Shown here: positions 45,707 to 56,334 of the stretch, piece by piece
Numbering within the stretch: position 1 is the stretch's first letter
How the letters are laid out: each line of letters begins with the position of its first letter
DNA from: a virus
Reading direction: 5' to 3' (one strand)
DNA: 64,000 bases
Virus record (IMG/VR): IMGVR_UViG_3300035670_000027
Position numbers and translations under genes: made by a program
The notes under the pieces: generated by a model
Database searches by the model: none
What the model saw: only the letters and a program-made list of their open reading frames with translations
Told to the model about the DNA's origin: nothing

Positions 45707-45940
45707 TTACCTAGCACTAATATTGATTTCAGATAGTGAAATGCTATCGTCTACATGGAGTGTAGGTTGTGCGGCGGCAAAATTATAGTTCATGTTGTCA
45801 TCAATGGCTCCAGAGACAATATATTGATCACCAAAAGATACAAAGATATCATTCTCATCTTTCTTTGGTTTGCCAATGTGTGCTTCAAGTTCTTCAACCA
45901 ATGCTTTCATCTCTACTAAAATTTCGTTTAATGTTCTCAT
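45707..45940 (-). CDS. hypothetical protein
   Basis: Coupled to gene 41. Confidence 0.65.
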   Translation of the reverse strand: MRTLNEILVEMKALVEELEAHIGKPKKDENDIFVSFGDQYIVSGAIDDNMNYNFAAAQPTLHVDDSISLSEINISAR

Positions 45941-47337
45941 ACTTTAAACCCCTCAAATTTTCGTTGTTTATCCCTACGCCCGAAATCTGATTTATCGAAC
46001 ACAGGACCATCGTCTTGCTTACTGTCGAGAATGTCATCTTGTGCAGTTTGCTCTGCATCGTATAACTTCATCTTTGCTTTGTCAACTCCAATCACGAATC
46101 GTTTGTTTGTATCTGGATTACTATAACGATTCTTCAATTGCTTGACCATGATTTGATTGAGATCAATCAACTCTTCAGTACTGATAAGTGCAATCATAAA
46201 GTCTGCGGTTGCAGGCAAACCAAATGATTCTGAAGTATCAGTCAAGTCAACATCTGAATTAGAGTAGCCACTTCTCGTAGTTTGTGTAGCCGATATGACC
46301 GGCACACTATGTTCAACTGCAAGCCCTCGCAACTCTTCGGCAATTGCTTTGATGTATGAATATGAATTGACATTCGATCCGTGCTTGATTCGTGCTGATG
46401 CACAAATGTTTAGATAGTCAATGTAGATGATATCAGGAATGAATTGTCGTTTCAGTTTCAGTTCATTGAGTAGATGCTTGAAGTGTGTTACGCTGGCGCT
46501 GGCAGTTGGATACTCTTTGATAATCAATCGACCCAAAGTTTTTTCTTTGAGTTTTTCAATCTTTCTGAGATAAGTTTCTTTTGGTAATGCCGCAAGTTTA
46601 TCAACATCGGTGTTCAAAAGATTCGCATCAATTCGTTCAGCGATTCTTTCTTCAGCCATCTCAAGTGTGATATACAAAACATTCTTACCTAGATTTAGAT
46701 TCGATGCCGCACAATGACACATGAACATCGACTTACCGACACCAGTACCAGCAAGAATAATGTTTAGTGTTTTCTCAGGAAGACCGCCTTTTGTAATTCT
46801 GTTAAGGTAGTCAAGGTCAAAAGGTATGCGCTTCTCAACCTTATGATAGAAATCATACCGATTCGATGCATCGTCAAGAAAGTCATGACCAACATGGTTA
46901 TCAAAAGATATCGCAAGTGCGTCAGATAGAATAGTAGGGATTGCGCCTTTGTCATGTTTACTCTTTCCACTTTCATCTAGAATCTGTATAGATTCCATAA
47001 TTGCGTTGTAGATAGCCTTTTCTTGACAAAACTTCTCAGTAGCATCAACAAGCCATGTGGTATCTTTCTTGTCGAATTCAGCACCCGCAATTTCGTGTAT
47101 GAGTGCGGTAATTTTCTTGTGCTGATCACCAGAGAGATTGGTCCTCTTATCAACTTCGATTTCAATCGCTTCGGTGGTAGGTAGAGTGTTATATTTGGTG
47201 ATGTATTTGTGAATCTCTTCAAATACTGTTTTCTCGGAATGTTCAGAGAAATACTCACCGGATAGGAATGGCAGAGTTTTGCGTGTGTATTCATCATCGT
47301 TAATCAGGTGTTTCAGTATCTTTTTTTCTACGCTCAT
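45937..47337 (-). CDS. 41: replicative helicase (gp41)
   Basis: AGTGVGKS, IDYLN and SESFGLPATAD motifs. Confidence 0.95.
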   Translation of the reverse strand: MSVEKKILKHLINDDEYTRKTLPFLSGEYFSEHSEKTVFEEIHKYITKYNTLPTTEAIEIEVDKRTNLSGDQHKKITALIHEIAGAEFDKKDTTWLVDATEKFCQEKAIYNAIMESIQILDESGKSKHDKGAIPTILSDALAISFDNHVGHDFLDDASNRYDFYHKVEKRIPFDLDYLNRITKGGLPEKTLNIILAGTGVGKSMFMCHCAASNLNLGKNVLYITLEMAEERIAERIDANLLNTDVDKLAALPKETYLRKIEKLKEKTLGRLIIKEYPTASASVTHFKHLLNELKLKRQFIPDIIYIDYLNICASARIKHGSNVNSYSYIKAIAEELRGLAVEHSVPVISATQTTRSGYSNSDVDLTDTSESFGLPATADFMIALISTEELIDLNQIMVKQLKNRYSNPDTNKRFVIGVDKAKMKLYDAEQTAQDDILDSKQDDGPVFDKSDFGRRDKQRKFEGFKV

Positions 47338-47623
47338 GTTCTCTTTCTGCTTCTTCTAGACTGTTCATTAAAATATCATTCATAATCTGTTCAAGCACCA
47401 ATTCAAACTTTTCATTCTTTTCTAACTTGTCATTGTTATGCACCTGATAATCAAATGAGAGTGTAGCAGTACCTTGCTCTTCGTCTTCTTTGATTGATAC
47501 AGTACCGAATGTAAATTGTGTGCCTTCGAAATCGCCAGTCTTGATTTCAATCGTGGCGATATCATCTTTCTCTTTGTAAGACTGATGAATGTCTAATACC
47601 TGATAGTCTTCATTCATTTTCAT
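47300..47623 (-). CDS. small acidic protein (gp40 position)
   Basis: Synteny between uvsX and 41. Confidence 0.65.
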   Translation of the reverse strand: MKMNEDYQVLDIHQSYKEKDDIATIEIKTGDFEGTQFTFGTVSIKEDEEQGTATLSFDYQVHNNDKLEKNEKFELVLEQIMNDILMNSLEEAEREHERRKKDTETPD

Positions 47624-48698
47624 TTTCAGTCGCCAATTCTTCAAATTCTTCCATTGAGTTCTCACCTTGGGCACCTTCTTGACCATACAAGAATTCTTTC
47701 TTACATGCTTCGTCAATCTTGTCCAAAACTTCTTTGGTGAAATACTTCTCAGGTTCTTCGTTGATTGCTTTACCGAAAACTTTAGAGCCATCAGGCAGTT
47801 CGTACCTTGTAGATACTTTCTTGATTATATCATACTTCTCAGCAATGTCAAGCAAGCCATAGTAACGATCAAGACCTGTGCTATAGGTAATCTTTACTTC
47901 TACCTGTGCATTCTCTTTCGTCAATCGTGACTTCACAAGTTTTGCTTTCACAATGTTGCCAATCACTTCAGTACCATCTTTGTCTTTCTTCTTAGAAAGA
48001 AACACAATTGTTGATGCGGTGTACTTGAGACCAGAACCACCAGACATTTCTTTTGTTGGAATGTATGCACCGACAACATCGTACACATGGTTTGTCACAA
48101 TTAAAGGCACACCAATCTTTGCAAGTTTCAGATTTAATACTCTGAATGTTGCTTTGAGAATGGATGCTTTGGTCATGTCTTTTGTTTCTTTGCCTTCAGC
48201 AGTATCTTCCATTTCTTTCGTAGAAGACAACTGACCAAGAGAATCAAGAACCATCATCATTGGTTTGCGTTTCGATTCTGCCTGTGCAGAATACTTGTCG
48301 ATGATCTGCAATGCAGTATGACGAAACTTTTGAATTGTATCTGGTTCAGAGATTACAACTCGCTTCGTATCAACACCACGAGATTCCATCATCTGTCGTG
48401 TAACTGCCGCTTCAGTATCAAAGTAAATGACACCGCCTTCAGGATTTGCATCTAAGAATTGCTTTACAATTCCGAGTACAAAAAAGGTTTTACCTGTGGC
48501 AGATTCTCCTGCAAATGCGGTGACTTTGTTGTTGGGCACTCCACCATATATACTTCCACTAAGGACTGCGTTGAGAGCATATGAACCAGTATCGATACAA
48601 CCGCTATATTCAGCACTAGCAGTACCATCAGCGAGAATTGTAGTATCTTCATCTTTTAATTGCTCCACTAAATCTGTAAAAAAATTACCCATAATCAC
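47610..48698 (-). CDS. uvsX: RecA-like recombinase
   Basis: [12 protein letters not shown] and GGSGLKY motifs. Confidence 0.95.
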   Translation of the reverse strand: MIMGNFFTDLVEQLKDEDTTILADGTASAEYSGCIDTGSYALNAVLSGSIYGGVPNNKVTAFAGESATGKTFFVLGIVKQFLDANPEGGVIYFDTEAAVTRQMMESRGVDTKRVVISEPDTIQKFRHTALQIIDKYSAQAESKRKPMMMVLDSLGQLSSTKEMEDTAEGKETKDMTKASILKATFRVLNLKLAKIGVPLIVTNHVYDVVGAYIPTKEMSGGSGLKYTASTIVFLSKKKDKDGTEVIGNIVKAKLVKSRLTKENAQVEVKITYSTGLDRYYGLLDIAEKYDIIKKVSTRYELPDGSKVFGKAINEEPEKYFTKEVLDKIDEACKKEFLYGQEGAQGENSMEEFEELATENENE

Positions 48699-49213
48699 CT
48701 CTCAGACTTTTTATGTAACTCGTTTAAATATTTTTCAAGTAATGCTGGCGAGTGTTGTTCTACTGCCAATTCTACTTTATCGTTTTGCTTCTTCAATTCT
48801 AATTCATAGGTTCGTTTTCTCAAATCGCTTGAACTATATGAATGTCTACGCTTATGATAATACAATTCGATCCCGTTGTCAATACAGTATTGCTTTCCTG
48901 TGAAATCTCTACCATAATATTCTTCACTTAGAAAACGAATGTTTATGTCTTGCGTCATCAGAAGATTTAATAAATCTGCTTCGGTATCATAAACAAGAAT
49001 CTCATCTACATATCGGCAAGCCTGTAACTGAACATACCTTTCATAGATTGATTGTACAGGTTTGTTTTTTACACCAGGTCTGTCGATTGTAGGATCAACT
49101 TGAACGGCAACTTTAAGATAGTCGCACAATTCTTTTTCTTGTTTCAACATGGTAACATGACCAGCATGAAGCAAATCAAATGACGAACATTGAAAACCAA
49201 TTTTCATAATCAC
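48695..49213 (-). CDS. glycerol-3-phosphate cytidylyltransferase-like protein
   Basis: FDLLHAGH and SSSDLR motifs. Confidence 0.85.
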   Translation of the reverse strand: MIMKIGFQCSSFDLLHAGHVTMLKQEKELCDYLKVAVQVDPTIDRPGVKNKPVQSIYERYVQLQACRYVDEILVYDTEADLLNLLMTQDINIRFLSEEYYGRDFTGKQYCIDNGIELYYHKRRHSYSSSDLRKRTYELELKKQNDKVELAVEQHSPALLEKYLNELHKKSER

Positions 49214-50058
49214 CTCTCAATTTTTGTTTTCTTTTCTATCTCTTCCTTATCCATAGGAATTGGGTCCAATGATGTAAGATCAATCTTTTCTTTTTTCTTC
49301 TTAATCTTATCTAGTCCTTTTGCAAAGTCTTCTTTGATATTGTCTGTGATGCTAGTCATATCAACAAATGCTGGTGCATCAGGTTTTTTGTATTGCTTCA
49401 ATGAATAGTTTGCCGCAACAATTAGTAAGACTGCAAGTGGATCAAACACAAAGATTAGTAGAATGATCACCAAGCGAACTGCGGCATCAAAATGATTCTG
49501 TGCGTCACTTCCGTAAATCATCTCTGCAATATACTTCAGAGGACCAACCTCTGCCATCATCTTATTTTCTTCTTTTAGAAGAGGTAGTTTTTCTTTTTGA
49601 ATTGCAATCAATTCATCTTGCGTTTGTTGAATTTGGTCTGCGGTTCTTCTTGCAATTTTCTCAGGATCATCACCTGCTCTCTTCAAAAGAAACTGAAGTC
49701 TTTCTTTTGTAATCTTTTCTTTTTCTTCCAGCACTCTTAACTGTACAGAATTTTCACCAACATTCAAATTCGCTTCAATGTGCGCCCTGGAAAGAAAACC
49801 AAAGATGCCCAATGATGTAATGAACATAAGAACTACAACTGCAAATGTGAAATAGTATTTTAGAAGTCTTGGTGCTTCATGCCAGTTACGATACAACCAA
49901 GAAGCGGTAACAAGTTTTGCTAACTCTAGTGATCCACCCATCAATGCAATCGCAAGTGGTGATGCCGCAAAGATCGCCATCAAGCCAACAACTGAGTACC
50001 ATGCGGCAATCGCAGATACTATCAATGCACAAAATAGAGTGAGAAGGGCGAATAGCAT
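49210..50058 (-). CDS. membrane protein with coiled coil
   Basis: EVGPLKY and IFVFDPLA motifs. Confidence 0.85.
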   Translation of the reverse strand: MLFALLTLFCALIVSAIAAWYSVVGLMAIFAASPLAIALMGGSLELAKLVTASWLYRNWHEAPRLLKYYFTFAVVVLMFITSLGIFGFLSRAHIEANLNVGENSVQLRVLEEKEKITKERLQFLLKRAGDDPEKIARRTADQIQQTQDELIAIQKEKLPLLKEENKMMAEVGPLKYIAEMIYGSDAQNHFDAAVRLVIILLIFVFDPLAVLLIVAANYSLKQYKKPDAPAFVDMTSITDNIKEDFAKGLDKIKKKKEKIDLTSLDPIPMDKEEIEKKTKIER

Positions 50059-50059
50059 T

Positions 50060-50461
50060 TTATTCTCTAGTCAATTTCAGAATCTTATCAATTTGATCCT
50101 GAATCTTTTCGGTTCTGTTTGGCCAGTAGATATATTCTTTCTCTGGATTCTTCATGAGATTCACAAGCAATGGCATGATCATTTCTTCTAATTGCTTTAA
50201 CTTGCCTGTTGTTTCCTCGTAGAGTTTTGCTCTCTCTGCATCAAGCCCTAACTTACCTTCATTGTACAACTGAAGAATTGAATCCATTTTACTTTCAAGG
50301 CGAGAGATGCCTTCTGTAGTAGCGCCTACAGTTTCACGAATGACTGAAGTTTCAAGTGTGTCTTGATTGACAACTGGTGTTAACTCTGCTTCGTCAACTG
50401 CGCTGAAACCAAAATCTTCCATTGATCTTGGTAGTAAATATTCTTGAGGAATTCTACTCAT
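50060..50461 (-). CDS. hypothetical protein
   Basis: DFGFSAVD and YIYWPNR motifs. Confidence 0.8.
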   Translation of the reverse strand: MSRIPQEYLLPRSMEDFGFSAVDEAELTPVVNQDTLETSVIRETVGATTEGISRLESKMDSILQLYNEGKLGLDAERAKLYEETTGKLKQLEEMIMPLLVNLMKNPEKEYIYWPNRTEKIQDQIDKILKLTRE

Positions 50462-50850
50462 TCGAAAAACCTTTCTAAATTTGCTTTGGATTTATCCTGT
50501 CGTTCTCTGTATGTTTTCCAACTGTTATGCATTTCTCTATTCTTAAATGTTTCTTCAACATGACAATTCTTGCATAGTATTTTACACTTGCGAATCTCGT
50601 CTATCAACTCTCTCAGATACTTTCGATTCTTCTCCGCATCTTTAACTGATATTCTTCCTACAAGTTTTCCAATGCCAGAACCACAAGGACCATGCTTCGT
50701 GATCTCCACACTCTTTTGCGATGGATCAATGTGTGCAAAGTCTAACGCAAGTGCATACTTATTGAACCCACACTTTTCACAACCTTTGTCTGTCTTGTAT
50801 TTACTCAGCCAATGTTGTCTTCTTTTCAAAATAAATTTTCTTTTGCTCAA
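50458..50850 (-). CDS. HNH endonuclease
   Basis: CxxC..HIDP...CKILCKNCH; probable TTG start overlapping the gp43B stop. Confidence 0.75.
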   Translation of the reverse strand: MSKRKFILKRRQHWLSKYKTDKGCEKCGFNKYALALDFAHIDPSQKSVEITKHGPCGSGIGKLVGRISVKDAEKNRKYLRELIDEIRKCKILCKNCHVEETFKNREMHNSWKTYRERQDKSKANLERFFE

Positions 50851-51938
50851 CTGAAAAATCCCATCAATGAAGAGACTGGCTCTGGATTCCAACCAAATGT
50901 ATTCACAATAATCTTAAGCGGTTCAAGATATGCTTTCTCAAATTGTGTATCGTAGTCGATATACTTCTCTAAGCCAAACTCTTTTGGTAAAACATTCAAT
51001 ACAGAAAATACATTTTCTTGCAATGGGTTTGGCAACTTCATGTAACAAAACTTGATCTTGTCGCCATCACGAATTGCTTGGTATTTCTTGTCTAACTTCT
51101 TTTGCCTTAGCATGTGATTGTAAAGCAAACTGCCACGAACATGAATAGGTGTACCTTTTGGATACAGACTACTTTCGTTCTTGTTATCATATTTAGTCAG
51201 TTCAGAAACGCCTCTTGGAAACGCAACATCTTCAAATGGCAGAGATTTAAACTCTTCTTTGAATTTCGCATTGAATGCTTGAAACTCAGATTCATCACCA
51301 CGCATGATGATCACCAACGCTTCTTTAATTTTTTCACGGCATGACATTGGTGTGGAAGACTTGACTGCTTCGATACCCATCATCTTGAGTTTTGGTTCTG
51401 AATAACGAACACCTTCAGAGTCCCAGACATTAAGAATGTATCTCTTCTTGGCAGTCCAGATGCCTTTGTCTGCAATGACTTCTCGTTTCATCTGCATCTT
51501 TTGATCAAAGGCATTCATGTAGTATGCAAGTTCTTCATATGCCTTGTCGATGAATGGTTCAATTTTATCTGAACATGCTTTGTCTAATAGATTCACAATC
51601 TCTTCTCTGCTCTTGCCTTTGAATACTTTCTCAACAAGAGGACCAAGGTGTAGATAGATTGAATCTGTATCTGATGCAATTACATAGTCAACATTCTCAG
51701 TCTTCAATAGTTTGTTCATAAACTGATTGAGTTTCTTTTCGATCCAACGAATAGACAATTGACCAGAGAGTGTGATTGCCTCTGCCTGACGAATATCAAA
51801 GAAGCGAAAGTATTCGTTGCCTAACGCACCATAGGCTGAGTTCAACTGAACCTTCTTGGCTAGTTGAAGATTTTTGTAGCGTGAGATTTCGTTTTCTAAT
51901 TGCTTCTTACGCTTAAGTAATTCTGTTTTTTCAGACAT
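50847..51938 (-). CDS. 43: family B DNA polymerase, C-terminal subunit (gp43B)
   Basis: KVQLNSAYG, SDTDS and KKRY motifs. Confidence 0.95.
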   Translation of the reverse strand: MSEKTELLKRKKQLENEISRYKNLQLAKKVQLNSAYGALGNEYFRFFDIRQAEAITLSGQLSIRWIEKKLNQFMNKLLKTENVDYVIASDTDSIYLHLGPLVEKVFKGKSREEIVNLLDKACSDKIEPFIDKAYEELAYYMNAFDQKMQMKREVIADKGIWTAKKRYILNVWDSEGVRYSEPKLKMMGIEAVKSSTPMSCREKIKEALVIIMRGDESEFQAFNAKFKEEFKSLPFEDVAFPRGVSELTKYDNKNESSLYPKGTPIHVRGSLLYNHMLRQKKLDKKYQAIRDGDKIKFCYMKLPNPLQENVFSVLNVLPKEFGLEKYIDYDTQFEKAYLEPLKIIVNTFGWNPEPVSSLMGFFS

Positions 51939-52440
51939 AATGGAAGTATGTACTCATAATGTATTTTGGTGTTTGTGTTGGCATCAAACCTTCGTGTGGA
52001 TACATCCACATTGGAGGAAAGATTAAAACATTGCCTTGCTTTGCTTCATATGTAAATTCATCGTTTGGCATATAAAACTTTGTGCCTGCTTCGTTGTCAT
52101 TAAGATAAAATAAAAATGCTAGGTATCTAGTACATGATTGTACACTAATTGCATCGGCATGTAAAGGGAAGCAATGCTTATTTGGCTCATATCTTTTCAC
52201 ACGGAAAGATTCTATTCTTCTTTTTGTTGGTAAGAGTTTCTTTGGATCGTATCTGCTGGTATAATCTTCTGCAAGACCTTTTGCCACTTCAACTAAATCT
52301 TTGTGTTCACTTTTCCAATGTGTGATTTCAATCTGATCAAAAATGTCATATGAGGTATCTTTGTTTTCATCGGCATCAAACTTCGCCATGATGTATTCAC
52401 AAATTTCTTTGGGCAAAACATTTTGATACATTTGAATCAT
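51931..52440 (-). CDS. 2OG-Fe(II) oxygenase
   Basis: HxD, YLND and FPP..xPH motifs. Confidence 0.9.
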   Translation of the reverse strand: MIQMYQNVLPKEICEYIMAKFDADENKDTSYDIFDQIEITHWKSEHKDLVEVAKGLAEDYTSRYDPKKLLPTKRRIESFRVKRYEPNKHCFPLHADAISVQSCTRYLAFLFYLNDNEAGTKFYMPNDEFTYEAKQGNVLIFPPMWMYPHEGLMPTQTPKYIMSTYFHYV

Positions 52441-53879
52441 GCCAACTCCTTCAATTGTGCTTTGATGTTTTCTAGTTCTTTCTGTGCTTCAATCATCTTC
52501 TTTTTATATAGAACACGGTCATCATACATTTTCTGCATCATCTCAGGAAGAAAACCTTGAACATCTTTTTTGAAATAGTGACCATTGGCTGCCATACAAT
52601 AATTTCGATCTGGCTCATACGCACCTTCTAGAAGTTCATCGATGGTCGTTGTTGTGTGCTTACCACTAATGAATGTGTCAGGCGAAACATTGTACTGCAT
52701 AATCAAGTGCGGATAGAGAGAGTTCAAGTCAAACGATACAACCCATTCGTACTTGCCTGGTACAGGTTCTTTCACATAAGCGCCAGCATATTGTTCGTTC
52801 TTTGAAGTGTGCTTTTTCTGAGGAACAACAATGCTCTTCTTCCACAAATGATTGTGCGTGAGAGTATCCCACATGCGTACTTGCGTGAACACATCGGTCA
52901 GATTCACCTTTGCGTCATAGGCAAGTGCAAGCACCATGTCAATAAACTTCATCTTCTCATCTAGTTTATCGACAAGTTCCACATCTTTGATGTTGTATTC
53001 AATAAATTTTTGATAGTCAAGTTTATACAGTTGGTGTAGCGTTTCATATTCAGAGTAATCGATTTTGTTTTCACCAAGTTCAATGTACGCAATGTGGTCA
53101 AGGCGAAACGATTCTTGCTGAGTGTATGTGAATTTTTTGTAGAGTTCTAGATAGTCTAGAATTGCGATGCCAACAAGATCAAATGCAGTCTGTTGACGAT
53201 TGTGAATTGTTGTCGTGCGTTCACCAATCATGCGATATGGTGACAAACGATTTGCAACTTTGTCATCCATCAAACGCTTGATGCGATTATAGAGATATGG
53301 TATGTCAAAGAATTGAATGTTCCAACCGGTCACAATGTCAGGCGACTTCTCTTCCCACATCTGAAGAAACTTGTTGATCAAATCATTTTCATCACGGCAC
53401 TTGAAGTATGTAACATCTTCACGATTGTTTCTGAAGTCACCACAACCAAACACATAGAATGCGCCAGCAATCTTGAATGTGATTGCAGTAATTGGTTCGC
53501 TTGCTTTGTCTGGTTCTGGAAAGCCATTCTCAGAGCCAACCTCAATATCAATATTGGCGATGCGAATTAGTTCACGATCATAATGCACTTCATCTGGATA
53601 CTGTTCATTGATATAAACATAGGCATAGTTTGTCGAACCATAGATGGGAAAGTTTTCTACTTGCTCATACTTTTGAATGAAGTCACTAGCATCACGCATA
53701 GTACCCATCTCAATCGCAGAGACATATCTTCCGTCTAGTGTGCGAAACTCGGTTTCATCTTTTGCAGGAACGAAAAGAGTAGGATTGTATTCTACTTTGC
53801 GAGAATATCTTCTACCGTTTTCGTAACCTCGTTCAAGGATGTAATTACCTTTTCTTGTGAAGTGCGTATAAAATTTCAT
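52437..53879 (-). CDS. 43: family B DNA polymerase, N-terminal subunit (gp43A)
   Basis: DIE, GWN..FD and YNIKD exonuclease motifs; DLNSLYP. Confidence 0.95.
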   Translation of the reverse strand: MKFYTHFTRKGNYILERGYENGRRYSRKVEYNPTLFVPAKDETEFRTLDGRYVSAIEMGTMRDASDFIQKYEQVENFPIYGSTNYAYVYINEQYPDEVHYDRELIRIANIDIEVGSENGFPEPDKASEPITAITFKIAGAFYVFGCGDFRNNREDVTYFKCRDENDLINKFLQMWEEKSPDIVTGWNIQFFDIPYLYNRIKRLMDDKVANRLSPYRMIGERTTTIHNRQQTAFDLVGIAILDYLELYKKFTYTQQESFRLDHIAYIELGENKIDYSEYETLHQLYKLDYQKFIEYNIKDVELVDKLDEKMKFIDMVLALAYDAKVNLTDVFTQVRMWDTLTHNHLWKKSIVVPQKKHTSKNEQYAGAYVKEPVPGKYEWVVSFDLNSLYPHLIMQYNVSPDTFISGKHTTTTIDELLEGAYEPDRNYCMAANGHYFKKDVQGFLPEMMQKMYDDRVLYKKKMIEAQKELENIKAQLKELA

Positions 53880-54169
53880 CGTATAATTGGTTGTTGAGCA
53901 ATGACAATACCTGATCCAAAGATTTCATTATACTTGTTTTCGATCTTAATGTCAACGCTTGTAACAAACAATACATGCGAATCTTTTAGTGTGACTTCTT
54001 TTTCGGTAGAAAAGATTAACCATGGTTGCATATTCAATGATGGTTTGCCATCAGGACCCGCACCAATCATAATCACGCAAGGGTTTTTAATTTTGTGTTC
54101 AGTACTTGAAGAATCTAAAACTTCACCAAGCACTTCTTCACCGCTAATCAAACGAAATAATTTAATCAT
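53876..54169 (-). CDS. conserved Sm-like T4 hypothetical protein
   Basis: LISGEEV motif; position upstream of gene 43. Confidence 0.8.
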   Translation of the reverse strand: MIKLFRLISGEEVLGEVLDSSSTEHKIKNPCVIMIGAGPDGKPSLNMQPWLIFSTEKEVTLKDSHVLFVTSVDIKIENKYNEIFGSGIVIAQQPIIR

Positions 54170-54188
54170 AATGTTTCCTTCATGTGAA

Positions 54189-54209
54189 ATGGGGGCATTG
54201 CGCCCCCAT
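54189..54209 (-). terminator. GC hairpin after the hsp20 unit
   Basis: ATGGGGGC/GCCCCCAT. Confidence 0.65.
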
Positions 54210-54276
54210 GTTTATTTTTTATTTGGGTAGTTTAATTCTTCCCACTCTTCGTCTGTATATGGCCACCAGTTCATGA

Positions 54277-54393
54277 TTAATCCCATCTACCACGGCGGTG
54301 CTTAATGTAATAGTCCGCTTGTGCTTGACGGGCTTCCGCTACAGATTCTCCGAAGCCGACAAGAAAGTCCCAAATCTTACTTAGAATCTTCAT
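54277..54393 (-). CDS. 38-aa peptide downstream of hsp20
   Basis: MKILSKIWDFLVGF...; GGAGGA SD. Confidence 0.55.
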   Translation of the reverse strand: MKILSKIWDFLVGFGESVAEARQAQADYYIKHRRGRWD

Positions 54394-54910
54394 CTGTATC
54401 CTCCACAAGCAACTGAGGTTGTGGATTCTTAGAAGCAAACTCGGATACAGTAGAACCTTCTTCGCTAACTTCGATTTTCTTTGGCTTCTTATGTTCTGGA
54501 ATGATTTTCTCTAGACCGATCTTAAGCATACCGTTGACTAGAGCCGCACCTTTGATTTCGATTTGATCATTCAAAGCGAATGTGCGAGTAAAGTTTCTTG
54601 CGGCAATACCTTGGAAGAGATAATCATATGGGGATGATGTGTCTTCTTTAGCGTTACCTTTCACAATCAACTTGTCATCCACAAACTCAATTTCGATCTC
54701 TGATTTAGAGAAACCAGCAACCGCAAGTTCAATGACATAGCGAGTGTCATCAACTTTCTTGATGTTGTATGGAGGATAGTTAGGAATGTGTTTTGTTAGA
54801 TCATCATGCATCTTTGAGAGTTTGTTGAATTGATCATCAAAACCTACAAAGAATTTATCAAAGTCTTTGCCGAATTTGGCAAAAGGATATGGAAAGTCGA
54901 GATTGGACAT
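54377..54910 (-). CDS. hsp20: small heat-shock protein (IbpA-like)
   Basis: YPPYNI, AVAGF, GIAARNF and NGML motifs. Confidence 0.95.
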   Translation of the reverse strand: MSNLDFPYPFAKFGKDFDKFFVGFDDQFNKLSKMHDDLTKHIPNYPPYNIKKVDDTRYVIELAVAGFSKSEIEIEFVDDKLIVKGNAKEDTSSPYDYLFQGIAARNFTRTFALNDQIEIKGAALVNGMLKIGLEKIIPEHKKPKKIEVSEEGSTVSEFASKNPQPQLLVEDTDEDSK

Positions 54911-54916
54911 AATAGT

Positions 54917-54933
54917 CTCCTTAATTAAGCGAG
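54917..54933 (-). promoter_or_regulatory. ROSE-like RNA thermometer hairpin
   Basis: CTCGCTT-AATT-AAGGAG pairs the SD with a bulged G. Confidence 0.6.
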
Positions 54934-55024
54934 TTAAAGTTTACTACCCATTAGGCGTAGTAGATGCACCAACGGATGCATCATAGTTATTTATAACGCA
55001 TCCGTTGGAATTTCAGTTAAGAAA

Positions 55025-55252
55025 TTATGATTGCCAAATCATTCGGCGAGAAACAAAGTAAGTCGTGCGACCCTCGGTGTTGATTGTCTTGCGAACACGA
55101 TAGCCTGCTTGGCGAATGTCGCTCATGCGGGCACGGAGGTTCTTAACACCGAAAAGTGCTTGTGCTTGTGGTGCTGAGATACCACGGCTCTTACCACGAA
55201 GGAAAGAAACAAGGCTCTCTACTTGAGTTTTACCAGTTTTAACAAATGCCAT
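55025..55252 (-). CDS. small winged-HTH protein
   Basis: NLRARMSDIR motif; own sigma70 promoter. Confidence 0.75.
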   Translation of the reverse strand: MAFVKTGKTQVESLVSFLRGKSRGISAPQAQALFGVKNLRARMSDIRQAGYRVRKTINTEGRTTYFVSRRMIWQS

Positions 55253-55337
55253 ATTAATGCTCCTTATTCAAGTCAAAGTTTAAAGTACGATGATTAACCT
55301 ATCATCAAAGGAATTGTAACACATTTACATGTGTTTG

Positions 55338-55742
55338 TCAAATTCTTTTCTTGTTACCAATGCTATACTTTGTAACAAGTTCCCAATCATCTCTTTCAGT
55401 ATATGAGAGAATTTTAATTTGAGACAATGGCGCAATTGGATGCTCAGACATATCTTTCGAAATGATTTCGACCAAGCCCCATTCAGCCAATAGTCTGGCA
55501 ATTGTATTTCGTCTACCTAGATCGTTCTCATCAAAGTCTGTTGATTTGCCGTCTAGTGCGAATAGTTCTTTAAAATGGACAATATAATACTTACCTTTCT
55601 TGTGAAGGATGTGGCAAGATTGATAGAGTTTCTTTTCTTTCCGAGATGCAACACCAATACGGGTAAGTGTTTCTCTAACTTTGAGAAAATCGTCTTCTTC
55701 TTTTAATCTTACCTCCAACAAATTTTCAATACTCAAACTCAT
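55338..55742 (-). CDS. regA: translational repressor RegA
   Basis: FLKVRETLTRIG and HFKELF motifs. Confidence 0.95.
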   Translation of the reverse strand: MSLSIENLLEVRLKEEDDFLKVRETLTRIGVASRKEKKLYQSCHILHKKGKYYIVHFKELFALDGKSTDFDENDLGRRNTIARLLAEWGLVEIISKDMSEHPIAPLSQIKILSYTERDDWELVTKYSIGNKKRI

Positions 55743-56147
55743 GCTTTTCTCTCCTTGGCGTTCGTACCGCCTTTTTGTAGTTTTTCTTTTATGATTTTTA
55801 TCTGATCATCGGTGAGAATTTCAATGATATCTTTTGCCTTGGATTTGCTATAGCCAAAATACTCAGATATAATGTCCAACTTCTCAATTTTTTCTTGCTT
55901 AAACCACTTACTATAACGCTTGCGTGGTCTGATACTATTTAGTAAATAGGCAAATTGAGGTTTTTTGTCAAGCATAGCAAGGCGATTCATCTCATTGGCA
56001 TGAAGAATCGTATCGGTAAAAAAAGACAAGCCACGGTTTACAATGTATGGTTCATACATCTTTTCTGCTAGTTCTGGATTGTCACTCTTGGCAATTAAGT
56101 CTTCTTTCGATTCGTTGATTGCCTTGATAAAGTCAAACGGCGACATT
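55739..56147 (-). CDS. 62: clamp loader small subunit (gp62)
   Basis: NRGLS..DT..ANEMN motif; synteny. Confidence 0.9.
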
Positions 56148-56334
56148 ATGACACCCAATCTTCTGCAACACTCTCGGCATAGTCTTCCGAGTTTACTGCA
56201 TACTCTACATCCATATTGGGTTTAAGTTTATCAATAAGTTTAATTACAAATTCTTTTTTGTCTTGATAAACTTCCTGATAGATTTGTGCGATTCGATTGG
56301 CATCATCGCTGAAGTATTCTGAAAGTAGTTTCAT
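56146..56334 (-). CDS. hypothetical protein
   Basis: Coupled ORF. Confidence 0.65.
   Translation of the reverse strand: MKLLSEYFSDDANRIAQIYQEVYQDKKEFVIKLIDKLKPNMDVEYAVNSEDYAESVAEDWVS

Noticed and set aside
51931-52440. Intron or intein interrupting gene 43
   Set aside because: The gap is fully occupied by an overlapping oxygenase ORF; no splice-junction residues or intron core are visible.
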